This document shows, in pieces, positions 34,108 to 44,170 of a stretch of DNA of 48,857 bases. A model generated the notes under the pieces. That model saw only the letters and a list, made by a program, of their open reading frames with translations. It did not search any database and was not told the DNA's origin. Source of the DNA: a virus; UHGV virus genome UHGV-0138835, one strand, 5' to 3'. The position numbers and the translations under genes were made by a program. Position 1 is the stretch's first letter, and every line of letters begins with the position of its first letter.

Positions 34108-35588
34108 TTATGTTGACAATCAAAGAACGAGTTATTCAGTCCAAATGTGAAAACGATGGCCTGTTTTTCAATCGCTACTTCTATAAGCAAGCGAACGGAA
34201 CGAAGATGTTAATCTCAGGCCATCATTTAGCTATCCGTGATGCACTGCAACGCGTTATTAAAGGTGAGATAACCCGACTCATCATTAACATCCCTCCAGG
34301 GTACGGCAAAACCATGATCGCGACTATCAACATGATGGCGCGGTCCCTCGCAATAAATCCCCGCACAAGATTCCTTCACGTTTCCTATTCCAACAACCTG
34401 GCGCTACTCAATTCCTCGACTGTAAGAAACATGATCTGTACGCCTGAATATCAGGCAATGTGGCCCATGAAGATCCGCAACGATGCAAACTCCAAATCGA
34501 TGTGGTGGACCGAATACGGTGGCGGCGTGTATGCGACGTCATCACTTGGTCAGGTGACTGGGTTCCGTGCGGGGTACATGGAATCAGGATTTAACGGCGC
34601 GTTAATCATCGACGACCCATTAAAACCCGCTGACGCTTACTCCGACGTGGTGAGAAAGCAGGTAAACACCAACTATAATGATACGCTTGCTTCACGTCTG
34701 GCAGTGCAAACGACGCCTGTTATCGTCATCATGCAGCGCATCCACTACGATGATTTGTCCGGCTACCTGCTACGCGGTGGGAGTGGTGAGAAGTGGTATC
34801 ACCTTAACCTGCCAGTGAAGATTGACAACAGCATCGACTATTGGGATCTGTACCCGGAAAACGAGTTCGCCATCCCTATCGCTCACAACCTGCCAGACGG
34901 CTGGCTATGGCCTAAAAAGCACAATGACAACCACGAAGCAGGACTGAAGGCGCACAGAAGGTCATTCGAGGCCCAGTACATGCAGCGCCCGCGTAAATTC
35001 GACGAAGAGGGCGCATTGTGGACTGAAGCGATGATAACCGCCGCGCACCGGATGCAGATAACGCAGGAGAAAATACGCACTGTAATAGCTATTGACCCTG
35101 CGACAACATCATCTGATGAGTCGGACGAAACGGGGATCGTGGCGTGTTCCGCTTATGGTGGCGGTAAGAATGCTCAGTATTCTGTTGATGGCGACTACTC
35201 AGGCCGCATGTCTCCTAACGACTGGGCGCAAGCCTCAATGAACGCCTACAACATCCATGAAGCTGACGCGATAGTTATCGAAACAAACCAGGGCGGCGAA
35301 ATGGCAGAGGCCACGCTACGCAATGCAGGATTTAAAGGCCGCATTGTTAAGGTGCACGCAAGTAAAGGTAAATTCGCCCGCGCCGAACCAATATCAGCAC
35401 TATATGCACAGGGCAGAGTAGCCCACACTGGCAGCCTGTACACGCTGGAAAATCAAATGATGGAATATGTGCCAGCTACCGCCAAAAAATCCCCTGACCG
35501 TATGGATGCGATGGTGTGGGGTATCACTGAATTAAGCCAACCACAGGCTATGGGCCTCATGTTACCGAAGCGCCTGCGCGGATTTTAA
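34104..35588 (+). CDS. terminase large subunit
   Basis: Walker A-like PPGYGKT, ATPase then nuclease-type C-terminal half, 494 aa. Confidence 0.85.
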   Translation: MIMLTIKERVIQSKCENDGLFFNRYFYKQANGTKMLISGHHLAIRDALQRVIKGEITRLIINIPPGYGKTMIATINMMARSLAINPRTRFLHVSYSNNLALLNSSTVRNMICTPEYQAMWPMKIRNDANSKSMWWTEYGGGVYATSSLGQVTGFRAGYMESGFNGALIIDDPLKPADAYSDVVRKQVNTNYNDTLASRLAVQTTPVIVIMQRIHYDDLSGYLLRGGSGEKWYHLNLPVKIDNSIDYWDLYPENEFAIPIAHNLPDGWLWPKKHNDNHEAGLKAHRRSFEAQYMQRPRKFDEEGALWTEAMITAAHRMQITQEKIRTVIAIDPATTSSDESDETGIVACSAYGGGKNAQYSVDGDYSGRMSPNDWAQASMNAYNIHEADAIVIETNQGGEMAEATLRNAGFKGRIVKVHASKGKFARAEPISALYAQGRVAHTGSLYTLENQMMEYVPATAKKSPDRMDAMVWGITELSQPQAMGLMLPKRLRGF

Positions 35589-35615
35589 AATCTGACTCAC
35601 AATCCCCCACAAGTT

Positions 35616-35650
35616 TTTCTATTTTTCGCGTAGCAACGCGTAAACATGTA
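35616..35650 (+). promoter_or_regulatory. conserved element with tandem CGCGTA (10-bp spacing), copy 1, in portal 5' leader
   Basis: tttctatttttcgcgtagcaacgcgtaaacatgta; a near-identical copy lies at 48240-48275 upstream of the M gene. Confidence 0.4.
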
Positions 35651-35666
35651 TTCAGGAGTAAACATT

Positions 35667-37037
35667 ATGCCATCAAATTTAGATTTGGCGGTTAACGCTG
35701 CCTTGTCACAACGTCAGGCGGCCTATGCCCGCTATGCCGCAGCCAACCCATTCACTATGGGGATAGATGCCAAACGTGATGCCGCGTGGAGTGAATACGG
35801 ATTCAAAGAAGAGATCACGTATGACGACCTGTATAAGCTGTACAGACGCGGTGGTATTGCTCACGGTGCTATTGAGAAAATCATCACGACTTGCTGGCGC
35901 ACCAGGCCAACGATGATCGAGGGAACAGAAGACGAGAAAGCGGAAACGGAAACACCCTGGGAAAGAGACATCAAGAAACAGTTTGATAACAGATTCTGGC
36001 GCATCATTGCTGAATGTGACCGCCGCCGCCTCATTGGTCGTTATGCTGGCCTGTTGATTCATGTCAGAGATAGCCAGCCGTGGGATCAGCCAGTGACAAA
36101 AGGCGTAGGCATTGCCAAATTTACCCCGGTATGGGCTGGCGCTCTTACGCCGAAGGAGTTCGAAGAAGACCCGAACAGTGAAAACTATGGCCTGCCTACA
36201 TGGTGGGAATACAAGGAGCGCATAAACAGCAAGACTATTGCCAGAAAGATCCACCCTGACCGCATATTTATCTTTGGTGACTATTCTGATGATGCCATCG
36301 CCTTCCTTGAACCGTCCTATAACGCCTTTGTGTCACTTGAGAAAGTGGAAGGCGGTAGCGGTGAATCATTCCTGAAAAACGCTGCCCGCCAGTTAGCTAT
36401 CTCGTTCGATAAAGAGATTGATTTCCGCTCCCTTGCTGCAACATACGGATGCGACGTCACAGAGCTACGCGAAAGATTCAATGAGGCTGCTGCTGAAATG
36501 AATAAGGGTAATGATGTGATGATGGCATTACAAGGGGCGACAGTAAGCCCGCTGGTGACTGCCGTATCTGACCCGTCGGCAACCTATGACGTCAACCTGC
36601 AAACCGCCGCCGCTGGTATTGATATTCCTACCCGCATCCTGGTTGGGAACCAGCAGGGGGAACGCGCATCAACCGAAGACCTGCGTTACTTCAACAGTCG
36701 CTGTATGACCCGCAGGGAGGAAATTGGCGGTGAGCTTGAGGATCTATTCCGCAAGATGGCAGATCTCCGCCTTATCAGTATGCCAATTGACGTATCAGTG
36801 ATATGGGACGACCTGAACGCCATGACAAAAGCCGAACTACTGGAAGCGGCACACAAAATGGCGCAAATCAATCAGGCTTGTTTGGCTACTGGTGAAGAAA
36901 TATTTAGCGGTGACGAGATCCGCGAGGCTGCCGGATACGATGGCCCTGCCAGTGTAGTGGAAATGGAAGAGGAAAACGATGATGAAGGTGAAGAAGATAA
37001 TCAGGCGAATACCTCCAGCCGCGATAATGCCATCTAA
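35667..37037 (+). CDS. portal protein (SPP1 gp6-like by size and context)
   Basis: ~456 aa gene directly after the large terminase and before a MuF-like gene; acidic C-terminus; start at ATG 35667 with CAGGAG SD. Confidence 0.65.
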   Translation: MPSNLDLAVNAALSQRQAAYARYAAANPFTMGIDAKRDAAWSEYGFKEEITYDDLYKLYRRGGIAHGAIEKIITTCWRTRPTMIEGTEDEKAETETPWERDIKKQFDNRFWRIIAECDRRRLIGRYAGLLIHVRDSQPWDQPVTKGVGIAKFTPVWAGALTPKEFEEDPNSENYGLPTWWEYKERINSKTIARKIHPDRIFIFGDYSDDAIAFLEPSYNAFVSLEKVEGGSGESFLKNAARQLAISFDKEIDFRSLAATYGCDVTELRERFNEAAAEMNKGNDVMMALQGATVSPLVTAVSDPSATYDVNLQTAAAGIDIPTRILVGNQQGERASTEDLRYFNSRCMTRREEIGGELEDLFRKMADLRLISMPIDVSVIWDDLNAMTKAELLEAAHKMAQINQACLATGEEIFSGDEIREAAGYDGPASVVEMEEENDDEGEEDNQANTSSRDNAI

Positions 37038-37053
37038 CACCGAAGACCCGACC

Positions 37054-37923
37054 ATGACAGGTAAGTTACGGTCGGGCGCTATCAAGCGTTTTAAAGCCTG
37101 CCTGAAGAAAGTTGCGGATCCGTATATTGCCATACTGGACAGAATGCAATATAGCCTGGCTGTTAATAAAAAATACACCTTTCAGATCTACATTGACGAA
37201 TTACATGACTTGCTGGAAGACGCCAGCGACATGATTGATGAGATATTCGAGTTAACAGACCCGGAAAACTTCTGGTTCTGGCAGGAATACGTGAAGGTGG
37301 CGTATCAGCGAGGCACTTCACAGGAATACGCCAACCTTGCTAACCAGTCAGTCACATACTCCAGGGCTTATCCTGAAGTGTCGGCGGTATTAACCAGCCA
37401 GACCTATCGCACGCGTCTTGCTCTGGTCCGTACCCGTGTATTTGAAGAGATGCGCGGACTGACAGCGCAGATCAAGAAGGATATGGCCCGTCGATTAACT
37501 GAAGGCATGGCCCGTGGCTTAAACCCACTTGAAATAGCGCGTACATTGCAGCAGGAAACGCAATTACCGCTATACAGGTGCAAACGTATTGCCCGTACTG
37601 AAATATGCACAGCGTTACGCACAGCGCGTATGGATGAGGCAGAAGCGGCGACGGAAGAGCTTAACTTGCGCACTATGCAAATGCACATTTCGGCATTGTC
37701 ACCGACTACCAGGCTATCACACGCACAGCGACACGGGAAAACATACACCATAGAAGAGCAGCGCGAATGGTGGAGCAGATCCCCTAATTCAATTAACTGC
37801 AAATGCAGCACTATTACCGTATTAGTTGACGAAGACGGTAATATATTAAACAAACGAATATTAGATCGGGCGCAAGAAAACTATAAGGTTGCGCACGCTA
37901 AATATGGCGAAGATTGGGAGTAA
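37054..37923 (+). CDS. head morphogenesis protein (Mu F-like / SPP1 gp7 family)
   Basis: Position after portal; recalled MuF-like pattern; start at ATG 37054. Confidence 0.65.
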   Translation: MTGKLRSGAIKRFKACLKKVADPYIAILDRMQYSLAVNKKYTFQIYIDELHDLLEDASDMIDEIFELTDPENFWFWQEYVKVAYQRGTSQEYANLANQSVTYSRAYPEVSAVLTSQTYRTRLALVRTRVFEEMRGLTAQIKKDMARRLTEGMARGLNPLEIARTLQQETQLPLYRCKRIARTEICTALRTARMDEAEAATEELNLRTMQMHISALSPTTRLSHAQRHGKTYTIEEQREWWSRSPNSINCKCSTITVLVDEDGNILNKRILDRAQENYKVAHAKYGEDWE

Positions 37924-39196
37924 AACCGTGAGTAAAGAATTGATTCAGGTTAATACCAAATTAACCGCTAATACCATCCGCCGGGAAACGTATAACGGGC
38001 GTGAGCATATTGTTGTTCCGTCTTATACGTTACCATTCAATATCGTTATGAACCGTGAATATTACCCGGAGGCTGAAATTATCGCTAATTATCAGTCACT
38101 GGAGGGCACACTCGCACCGCTGGGCCATCCTACCGTTGACGGTGAATTTGTTTCCGCATTTAGCCCTGAAGGACTAAATATTGGTTTTTGTGGTGCATGG
38201 AACAGGAATGTTGAATTGCGCGGGAACCGTGTTTATGTGGAAAAATGGGTGGATGTTGAAACCGCCAGCCATTCAGAACAGGGCCGCGAATTATTAAACC
38301 GACTGGAAGCGCTGGAAAAAGGCGAAAGCAAAGATCCGATCTGGTCATCCGTAGCCGTATATCGTCAGCGTATGCCAGCTACTGAAGAGATGAAAGCCCA
38401 GGGTGCTGACAGCGTTGTCAAAATCATGTCGATTGACCATGACGCCATCTTACTGCATGAACCGCCAGCCGCGTCACCAGAACAGGGCGTTGGCCTGATG
38501 GTTAACACTGACCAGGCGAAGCCTTTAATGGCGGTGGCAATGAAAGAAAACAGCTATCGCACGCTTGAAAGACAACTGACGGAAGCGGCGCGTGAATTAC
38601 TTCCTGATGCCGATTATGTCTATGTTGTGGACTTCACAGATAAAGAAGTGACAATTGCAACAAATAAAAATTACGCGGAAAAATACAACTACCAAAAACA
38701 GGCTGATAAAATTATTCTCAATAATGGCGAGCTTGCAACCAATGAGGAAGGTAAATCGTGGTTCTCTCAGTTCGCTGAACACTTATCTAATCTTTTCTCC
38801 CTGAATGAAAAAATTAAGGCCAATAAATCGGAGGGTGAACCCATGCCTTTGACCAAAGAAGAACGCGCCGAACTGGTAAAAGAAATTAACGAAGGTTTAG
38901 CCGCTAATATCGCTAATGCAGTAGCAGAGGCATTAAAACCAGTACAGGCAAGCGTAGAAGAATTACAGACCAATCAGAAAGCGATTAAAGAAGAGATCGC
39001 AGCAAACGCAGATAAAGAAGTAGCAGAAAAACGCGCCGCAGTAGCAAGAGTACACGGCGAAATTGTTGCTAACGCATTAAGTGGCGAAGCGTTAGAAGCA
39101 ATGTTTAAATCCCTGGGCAAAGCCGCGCCAATGGCAACCAATGCAGCAAGCGAAGGTAAAAAAGGCGAAGTACCAGACTTTAACACTTATTTCTAA
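37904..39196 (+). CDS. head scaffolding protein (possibly protease-scaffold); start uncertain (ATG 37904 or GTG 37928)
   Basis: Between MuF-like and capsid genes; C-terminal half alanine/glutamate-rich helical, scaffold-like. Confidence 0.45.
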   Translation: MAKIGSKTVSKELIQVNTKLTANTIRRETYNGREHIVVPSYTLPFNIVMNREYYPEAEIIANYQSLEGTLAPLGHPTVDGEFVSAFSPEGLNIGFCGAWNRNVELRGNRVYVEKWVDVETASHSEQGRELLNRLEALEKGESKDPIWSSVAVYRQRMPATEEMKAQGADSVVKIMSIDHDAILLHEPPAASPEQGVGLMVNTDQAKPLMAVAMKENSYRTLERQLTEAARELLPDADYVYVVDFTDKEVTIATNKNYAEKYNYQKQADKIILNNGELATNEEGKSWFSQFAEHLSNLFSLNEKIKANKSEGEPMPLTKEERAELVKEINEGLAANIANAVAEALKPVQASVEELQTNQKAIKEEIAANADKEVAEKRAAVARVHGEIVANALSGEALEAMFKSLGKAAPMATNAASEGKKGEVPDFNTYF

Positions 39197-39212
39197 TTAA
39201 AAGGGGATCACA

Positions 39213-39641
39213 ATGTTTCGTTTTCGTCGTGTAAATATTGATGGTAAGTCAATTACCGAAACCCGCCTTGCTGGTGCTGAATTAAAACCGGGTGAACTGG
39301 TTAAACTGGCTAGTGGTAAATTTGCTAAAGCCGCCCCAGCCGATGTAGGCGCAACTCAACTGTTTGTCGTTAACCCGGCATTCCATGAAGGTAAAACCAT
39401 TGCTGATGCAATCGCAGCTAATGCTACGGCTGTTGCTGATTATGTAGAGCAGGGCCGTGAGTTTGCTCTTCGTGTTCCCGCTGCCACTTACACCAAAGGC
39501 GCGGCTATCGCTCTTTCTGCTACTGGCGTCAAGCTGTTTACCGCGCCGAGTGATGAGGGTACTGCGGACCCAATCATCGCATACTGCCAGGAAGACGTAA
39601 CCCTGGAAGCGGAAGACTTCATTCGCGTTCGCGTCGCTTAA
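39213..39641 (+). CDS. virion structural protein (head decoration or scaffold-associated), 142 aa
   Basis: Strong SD AAAGGGGA; immediately upstream of the capsid gene. Confidence 0.35.
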   Translation: MFRFRRVNIDGKSITETRLAGAELKPGELVKLASGKFAKAAPADVGATQLFVVNPAFHEGKTIADAIAANATAVADYVEQGREFALRVPAATYTKGAAIALSATGVKLFTAPSDEGTADPIIAYCQEDVTLEAEDFIRVRVA

Positions 39642-39658
39642 TTTAAAAGGGGAAAAAC

Positions 39659-40708
39659 ATGTACTTTACTAAAGAAAACCTTGCTACCAACGCCCGTATG
39701 CAGGGCCATTGGAAAGAACTGTGGGCGCAACGCAACATCTTCAACGATCAGCATGACGCCATGATTGCAGCAAACAAGGCGAACATGACCGCTGAAATGA
39801 TTGCCTGTAACGCCGTTGGCGGCTTTGCAAAAGAGTTCTGGAAAGAAATCGACAACCAGATTATCGAACTGAATACCGAAGAAATCGGTATTGAAATCGT
39901 CAACGACCTGATGGGTGTGCAAACCGTACTGCCTATCGGTAAAACGCTGAAAATGTACAGCGTATCCGGCGACATCAACGATGAAGTCGTAATGTCTATG
40001 GATGGTCAGGCGCCTCACGGCTATGATCACACCGAATACGGCAGCGATGGCGACCCGATCCCGATGTTCGCAGCGGGTTACGGTGTTAACTGGCGTTTAG
40101 CTCAGGGCTTAAATACTGTAGGTATTGACCTTGCCCTGGACAGCCAGCGCCTGAAACTGAAAAAATTCAACAAAGCACGCGTTAAATTCTACCTTGAAGG
40201 TAACGAAAACATCGTGGTTGATGGTCATAAAGCTATGGGTATTAAAAAACATAAAAACACCCAGCAACTGACTCTGACCGCTGACCTTACCACTGCAAAA
40301 TTTGACGCACTGATCGACTTCTTCACCGTTGGTGAATTTGGTGTTCTGGCCCGCAATAACTTCGTTGCTAAATATGATGTGATGTGGGTATCACCTGAAA
40401 TCATGGCTAACCTGGCACGTCCGCATATCGTTAACGGTGCTGTCGTTGGCAGTGTACTTAATACGGTTATGCCGTTCGCCCCTGTTGGTGAAATCCGTCA
40501 GACCTTTGCACTGAAAGGCAACGAAATCATTGCTTATCAGCGCCGCCGTGACGTCATCACCCCGCTGATCGGTATGACTACTGGTGTAGTTCCTGTTCCG
40601 CGCATGATGCCTACTGATAACTACAACTTCAAAATCATGTCTGCCGAAGGCTTACAAATCACCTGCGACATGCTGGGCCGTTCCGGTGTCGTTTACGGTC
40701 ACAAATAA
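39659..40708 (+). CDS. major capsid protein
   Basis: 349 aa, strong SD, followed by a strong terminator, position in head module. Confidence 0.6.
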   Translation: MYFTKENLATNARMQGHWKELWAQRNIFNDQHDAMIAANKANMTAEMIACNAVGGFAKEFWKEIDNQIIELNTEEIGIEIVNDLMGVQTVLPIGKTLKMYSVSGDINDEVVMSMDGQAPHGYDHTEYGSDGDPIPMFAAGYGVNWRLAQGLNTVGIDLALDSQRLKLKKFNKARVKFYLEGNENIVVDGHKAMGIKKHKNTQQLTLTADLTTAKFDALIDFFTVGEFGVLARNNFVAKYDVMWVSPEIMANLARPHIVNGAVVGSVLNTVMPFAPVGEIRQTFALKGNEIIAYQRRRDVITPLIGMTTGVVPVPRMMPTDNYNFKIMSAEGLQITCDMLGRSGVVYGHK

Positions 40709-40727
40709 TTTCGTGTTTCCTGTAACT

Positions 40728-40755
40728 CCCCGGCGCGATGCCGGGGATTTTTTTT
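40728..40755 (+). terminator. strong rho-independent terminator after capsid gene
   Basis: ccccggc-gcgat-gccgggg followed by ATTTTTTTT. Confidence 0.7.
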
Positions 40756-40773
40756 GTATGTGGAGCAAACAAA

Positions 40774-41160
40774 ATGGTCACTACAGAACAGGCGCGGGAA
40801 TATCTTGAAAGCCAGGGTATTGACCTGCCAGACATTATCTTATCCTTGCTGGTGGAGCAGGCAAATAGCGTTAATGAATGCCTTGATGCCAACTATCCGG
40901 CCTCCACTGCAACATTGATCCAACTTTATCTTATCGGCCTGTTAGGACTCACCCAGGCTAACAAGTACGTTTCCTCGCAAACTGGTCCGAACGGTGCAGG
41001 CCAGTCATACCGCTATGTCGATTTTAATAAAAAATGGAAGGCAGCCTACTCGTTGCTTTACTCCCTTGATAAACATCACTGTACAGCCGAACTGATTCCA
41101 CCAGATCCAGAAAACACCGCGCACGCTGGGCTTTGGATAGGTAAAAGCGGGAGGATGTAA
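40774..41160 (+). CDS. head-tail connector / head completion protein (by position)
   Basis: 128 aa; start at ATG 40774 after the terminator. Confidence 0.4.
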   Translation: MVTTEQAREYLESQGIDLPDIILSLLVEQANSVNECLDANYPASTATLIQLYLIGLLGLTQANKYVSSQTGPNGAGQSYRYVDFNKKWKAAYSLLYSLDKHHCTAELIPPDPENTAHAGLWIGKSGRM

Positions 41161-41162
41161 CA

Positions 41163-41348
41163 ATGTGGAACGACCTGACATTACCGGATCCGCTATTGCC
41201 GAAACTGTTTACCCGCGTGTGGGTGAAGACTGACACCGGGCGACAGGTGGCGGCCTACCTCAATGATGCTGGCGAATGGGTAATTCTTTGCCCGCGCGTA
41301 GCGAAAACCCATCCGAAAATCGTTAAATGGAGCTATGGCTATGAGTAA
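41163..41348 (+). CDS. hypothetical small structural-module protein (61 aa)
   Basis: ORF in operon. Confidence 0.3.
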   Translation: MWNDLTLPDPLLPKLFTRVWVKTDTGRQVAAYLNDAGEWVILCPRVAKTHPKIVKWSYGYE

Positions 41349-41727
41349 GATCGCGAGATTCAGCTACAAGGCATTAGCCACCATTTACCCAGTAACGCGT
41401 GACGACTGGAATAATTCGAAGGTATACGGGCAACCTTACCTGATTGATTGCACCTGGACGTCTACGGAAGGTAAAGACGAAAACGAGCGCGGGAGTGAAA
41501 CCGATGTTAGTTACGTCATATTTACCGAACTGCTTTACAACCTGCAACCAGTGGAGCGCCCCCAGAAAGGGTGGATGATTGCACTAGGTGACACCACGGC
41601 TTTTTCTGATCCGCTTGAAGCTGGCGCGAATGAGATCTCCGGCGTGGTTGAATGGGATATGAGCATGTTTAACGACACGCCTGATTATAAAATCATTACA
41701 GGTAACAGCGTGCACAGTAAATATTAA
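41335..41727 (+). CDS. head-tail adaptor protein (by position)
   Basis: 130 aa ORF in head-tail joining region. Confidence 0.35.
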   Translation: MAMSKIARFSYKALATIYPVTRDDWNNSKVYGQPYLIDCTWTSTEGKDENERGSETDVSYVIFTELLYNLQPVERPQKGWMIALGDTTAFSDPLEAGANEISGVVEWDMSMFNDTPDYKIITGNSVHSKY

Positions 41728-41738
41728 AGGGGTTTTCT

Positions 41739-42179
41739 ATGCCTATTAAGGGTGTTAAACGCGTCAGGGAGCGATTGAAGCAGGAACTAAAGGAAATTAC
41801 AGACAGAAAAACTCACGATGTATTATGGCGCGTAGGGATGCTGGCTGGTGGCTTCGCGGCGAACATGACCCCAGTTGATACGGGTTTTTTAATTAACAGC
41901 CAATTTCAGTATATAGGTAACACGGCGGAGGGTATGCAATTACGGCTTGGATATACGGCCCGTTACGCCGAATGGGTGCATGACATGCCGGGTAAATTAA
42001 AAGGTCAGCCGCGCGAACATTTCGGCAAAACCAGAGAAGGGGTTGAATTTGGCGGCGGTACTGGTAAGGGTGATTACTGGGATCCAAACGCGGAACCTGA
42101 ATTTTTGCGCAAGGCATTCGAAGATCCAAACAACGCCGACGATATTTATAAAGAGATTGTGGAAGGTTACAAAACATGA
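41739..42179 (+). CDS. tail completion / head-tail joining protein (by position)
   Basis: 146 aa, SD AAAGGGG. Confidence 0.4.
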   Translation: MPIKGVKRVRERLKQELKEITDRKTHDVLWRVGMLAGGFAANMTPVDTGFLINSQFQYIGNTAEGMQLRLGYTARYAEWVHDMPGKLKGQPREHFGKTREGVEFGGGTGKGDYWDPNAEPEFLRKAFEDPNNADDIYKEIVEGYKT

Positions 42180-42562
42180 AACGCAGCGAAGTATACGACG
42201 AAATAAGGGATTGGATTAAATCCCACGGGTACGATGAAGGTTATATTTTGCAGGCCCGTTTCTGGAATGAGCGATCCAATTCGAATAACAGCAGATACAT
42301 TGTCATACAGCAAAACGGCGGCGCGGCTGGTGAGGAAGCAGTAACCCGTGACTACTTCCGCATCCTGGTTATTTCAGCGCGTAATGACGCAAATATCAGT
42401 GAAGTGGAAGATCTCGCCGACGCTATACGGCAAAGTATGATAACAGAGTATAAAACTGATAAAATTACACACATGAAGCCAGTTGGCGCTATTCCTGCTA
42501 TGCAGACAAGAGAAGGGCGCTTTATTTTTACCGTAGCTTTTCAAACCATAATATCCAGATAA
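42176..42562 (+). CDS. tail terminator / neck protein (by position)
   Basis: 128 aa, ATGA overlap with upstream gene. Confidence 0.4.
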   Translation: MKRSEVYDEIRDWIKSHGYDEGYILQARFWNERSNSNNSRYIVIQQNGGAAGEEAVTRDYFRILVISARNDANISEVEDLADAIRQSMITEYKTDKITHMKPVGAIPAMQTREGRFIFTVAFQTIISR

Positions 42563-42575
42563 GAGGTAACAAACC

Positions 42576-43052
42576 ATGTCTCAGACTTGCGAAAATGGCT
42601 CATTTACAGGCCGTGACGTTGCTGTATTCTTTGCTATCGCTTGCCCTAATGCGAAACCTGGTAAAGAAGCATATAAAGCGTTAGGCATGATGCGCGGCAA
42701 AACGCTTTCCGTAGAATGGGAAACCGCAGACGCCACCGCTGATAAATCCGCCGACTATACCAAAGAATCCCTGGTCACTTACAAATCTGTTTCTTTCTCC
42801 GGCGACGGCGTATCACGTAGTGATGCTCTACACAACCAGAAAGAACTAAAGCGGCATGTAATGTCACCGGGCACTGCTACCGGAAATCAGCCATACGTGT
42901 GGCTAAAAATCGTCACCCCCACCGATGTGACTGAGGGTCCATTCCTTTGCACATCTTTCGAAGAAGAAGCGCCGCATGATGATGTGACAACCTGGTCCAT
43001 TGAGTGCGAAAGCGCGGGCCAGGTAACTGTAACCGATCCGACCGCCGAATAA
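42576..43052 (+). CDS. major tail (tube) protein
   Basis: 158 aa, followed by a strong terminator, upstream of tail assembly and tape-measure genes. Confidence 0.5.
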   Translation: MSQTCENGSFTGRDVAVFFAIACPNAKPGKEAYKALGMMRGKTLSVEWETADATADKSADYTKESLVTYKSVSFSGDGVSRSDALHNQKELKRHVMSPGTATGNQPYVWLKIVTPTDVTEGPFLCTSFEEEAPHDDVTTWSIECESAGQVTVTDPTAE

Positions 43053-43059
43053 ATAATAA

Positions 43060-43085
43060 AGGGGCTAAATAGCCCCTTCCTTTTA
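43060..43085 (+). terminator. rho-independent terminator after tail tube gene
   Basis: aggggct-aaat-agcccct hairpin followed by T-rich run. Confidence 0.65.
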
Positions 43086-43096
43086 GGGTGAATACT

Positions 43097-43777
43097 ATGA
43101 TCCATGTTCGTACAGGACAATTTGCGGCTGTGGTGAACGGTAAGCGCTATGAGTTTAACCCGTGTTTCGCTGCGATGGCTAAAATCGGTAATGACAGGGA
43201 GCTTGTGGAATGTTTCGCAACCATCCACGGTAGCAAATACCCTTCACGATTACCTACAGATCCAGACCTCCGCAATCGCATTATGGCGCGGTGTTATGGT
43301 GAGATAGTGCAAACGTCTATGTACATCCTGAAATGTTGCTCAGACGACGAAACAGGCCCGTTATTAGGCGAATGCTGGTTTACTTCTTCGGGTAAATTAA
43401 GGTTAAAGCCCGGAATAATGCCAGTTGATGATGTTATCACGCTGGCGCAACACTGCATGTACCACGGTTTAATTGGTGACGGCCCTGAAGAGGTCGCAAG
43501 CGATAGACGGGAAGGTGAATACAAACCAACGTTCGACATACTGGAGTTTGTTTATTCTGCCGTTGCTCACCTGGGGTTATCAGAATCAGAAGCGTGGAAT
43601 ATGACAATGACCGGATATAGGGCCGCTGTGCGTGCTAAAACGCCGCCAGAAGCAAGAAACAAACAAAAACGACCAGATGTATTACTGGATAAAAAGGCTT
43701 ATGACGATGGAATGAGGGAGGCTATGGAGATACTAAAAAGAATGGAAAATAGCGAGCAAGAAAAAGCCCGGGATTAG
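43097..43777 (+). CDS. tail assembly protein / chaperone (by position)
   Basis: 227 aa gene between tube and tape measure; no frameshift partner evaluated. Confidence 0.4.
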   Translation: MIHVRTGQFAAVVNGKRYEFNPCFAAMAKIGNDRELVECFATIHGSKYPSRLPTDPDLRNRIMARCYGEIVQTSMYILKCCSDDETGPLLGECWFTSSGKLRLKPGIMPVDDVITLAQHCMYHGLIGDGPEEVASDRREGEYKPTFDILEFVYSAVAHLGLSESEAWNMTMTGYRAAVRAKTPPEARNKQKRPDVLLDKKAYDDGMREAMEILKRMENSEQEKARD

Positions 43778-43798
43778 CCGGGCCTCTAAAATTCTGTG

Positions 43799-44158
43799 TT
43801 AGTTGAAATACGCATCAACTCTGTGGGCCACGTTTACACCATAAGACTCGCCATCATTAAACGCATTTAGTGACGCTTTATTATTTTTTGCCGCCTCTTT
43901 TAATCCATTGTACTTGCTATTAAGATCTTTCCATTCAGCGGTTTTTTCTAATACTGGCTTCATTGCGTAATGAATACAGCCAACGTTAAATGGCATTTCC
44001 AGATCACCATTACCGTCACCATGCTTTATATCGTACAACTGAGCATTATGCGCACATTCACGAAGTATGTATTTTGCAGACGGAGAGTGCTCAGCATTAG
44101 CATTAAGCGCAACCCCTGCAAGTACCGCCACGATTAAGATTTTTGCCAGACTTTTCAT
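43799..44158 (-). CDS. secreted/periplasmic protein (119 aa, signal peptide), moron
   Basis: Signal peptide MKSLAKILIVAVLAGVALNANA; antisense to the tail operon. Confidence 0.55.
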   Translation of the reverse strand: MKSLAKILIVAVLAGVALNANAEHSPSAKYILRECAHNAQLYDIKHGDGNGDLEMPFNVGCIHYAMKPVLEKTAEWKDLNSKYNGLKEAAKNNKASLNAFNDGESYGVNVAHRVDAYFN

Positions 44159-44170
44159 ATTTCACCCCGC

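Noticed and set aside
35706-37853. Minus-strand ORFs inside the portal and MuF-like genes (35706-36254, 36686-36871, 36837-37178, 37404-37853)
   Set aside because: Embedded antisense ORFs without RBS within well-supported structural genes.
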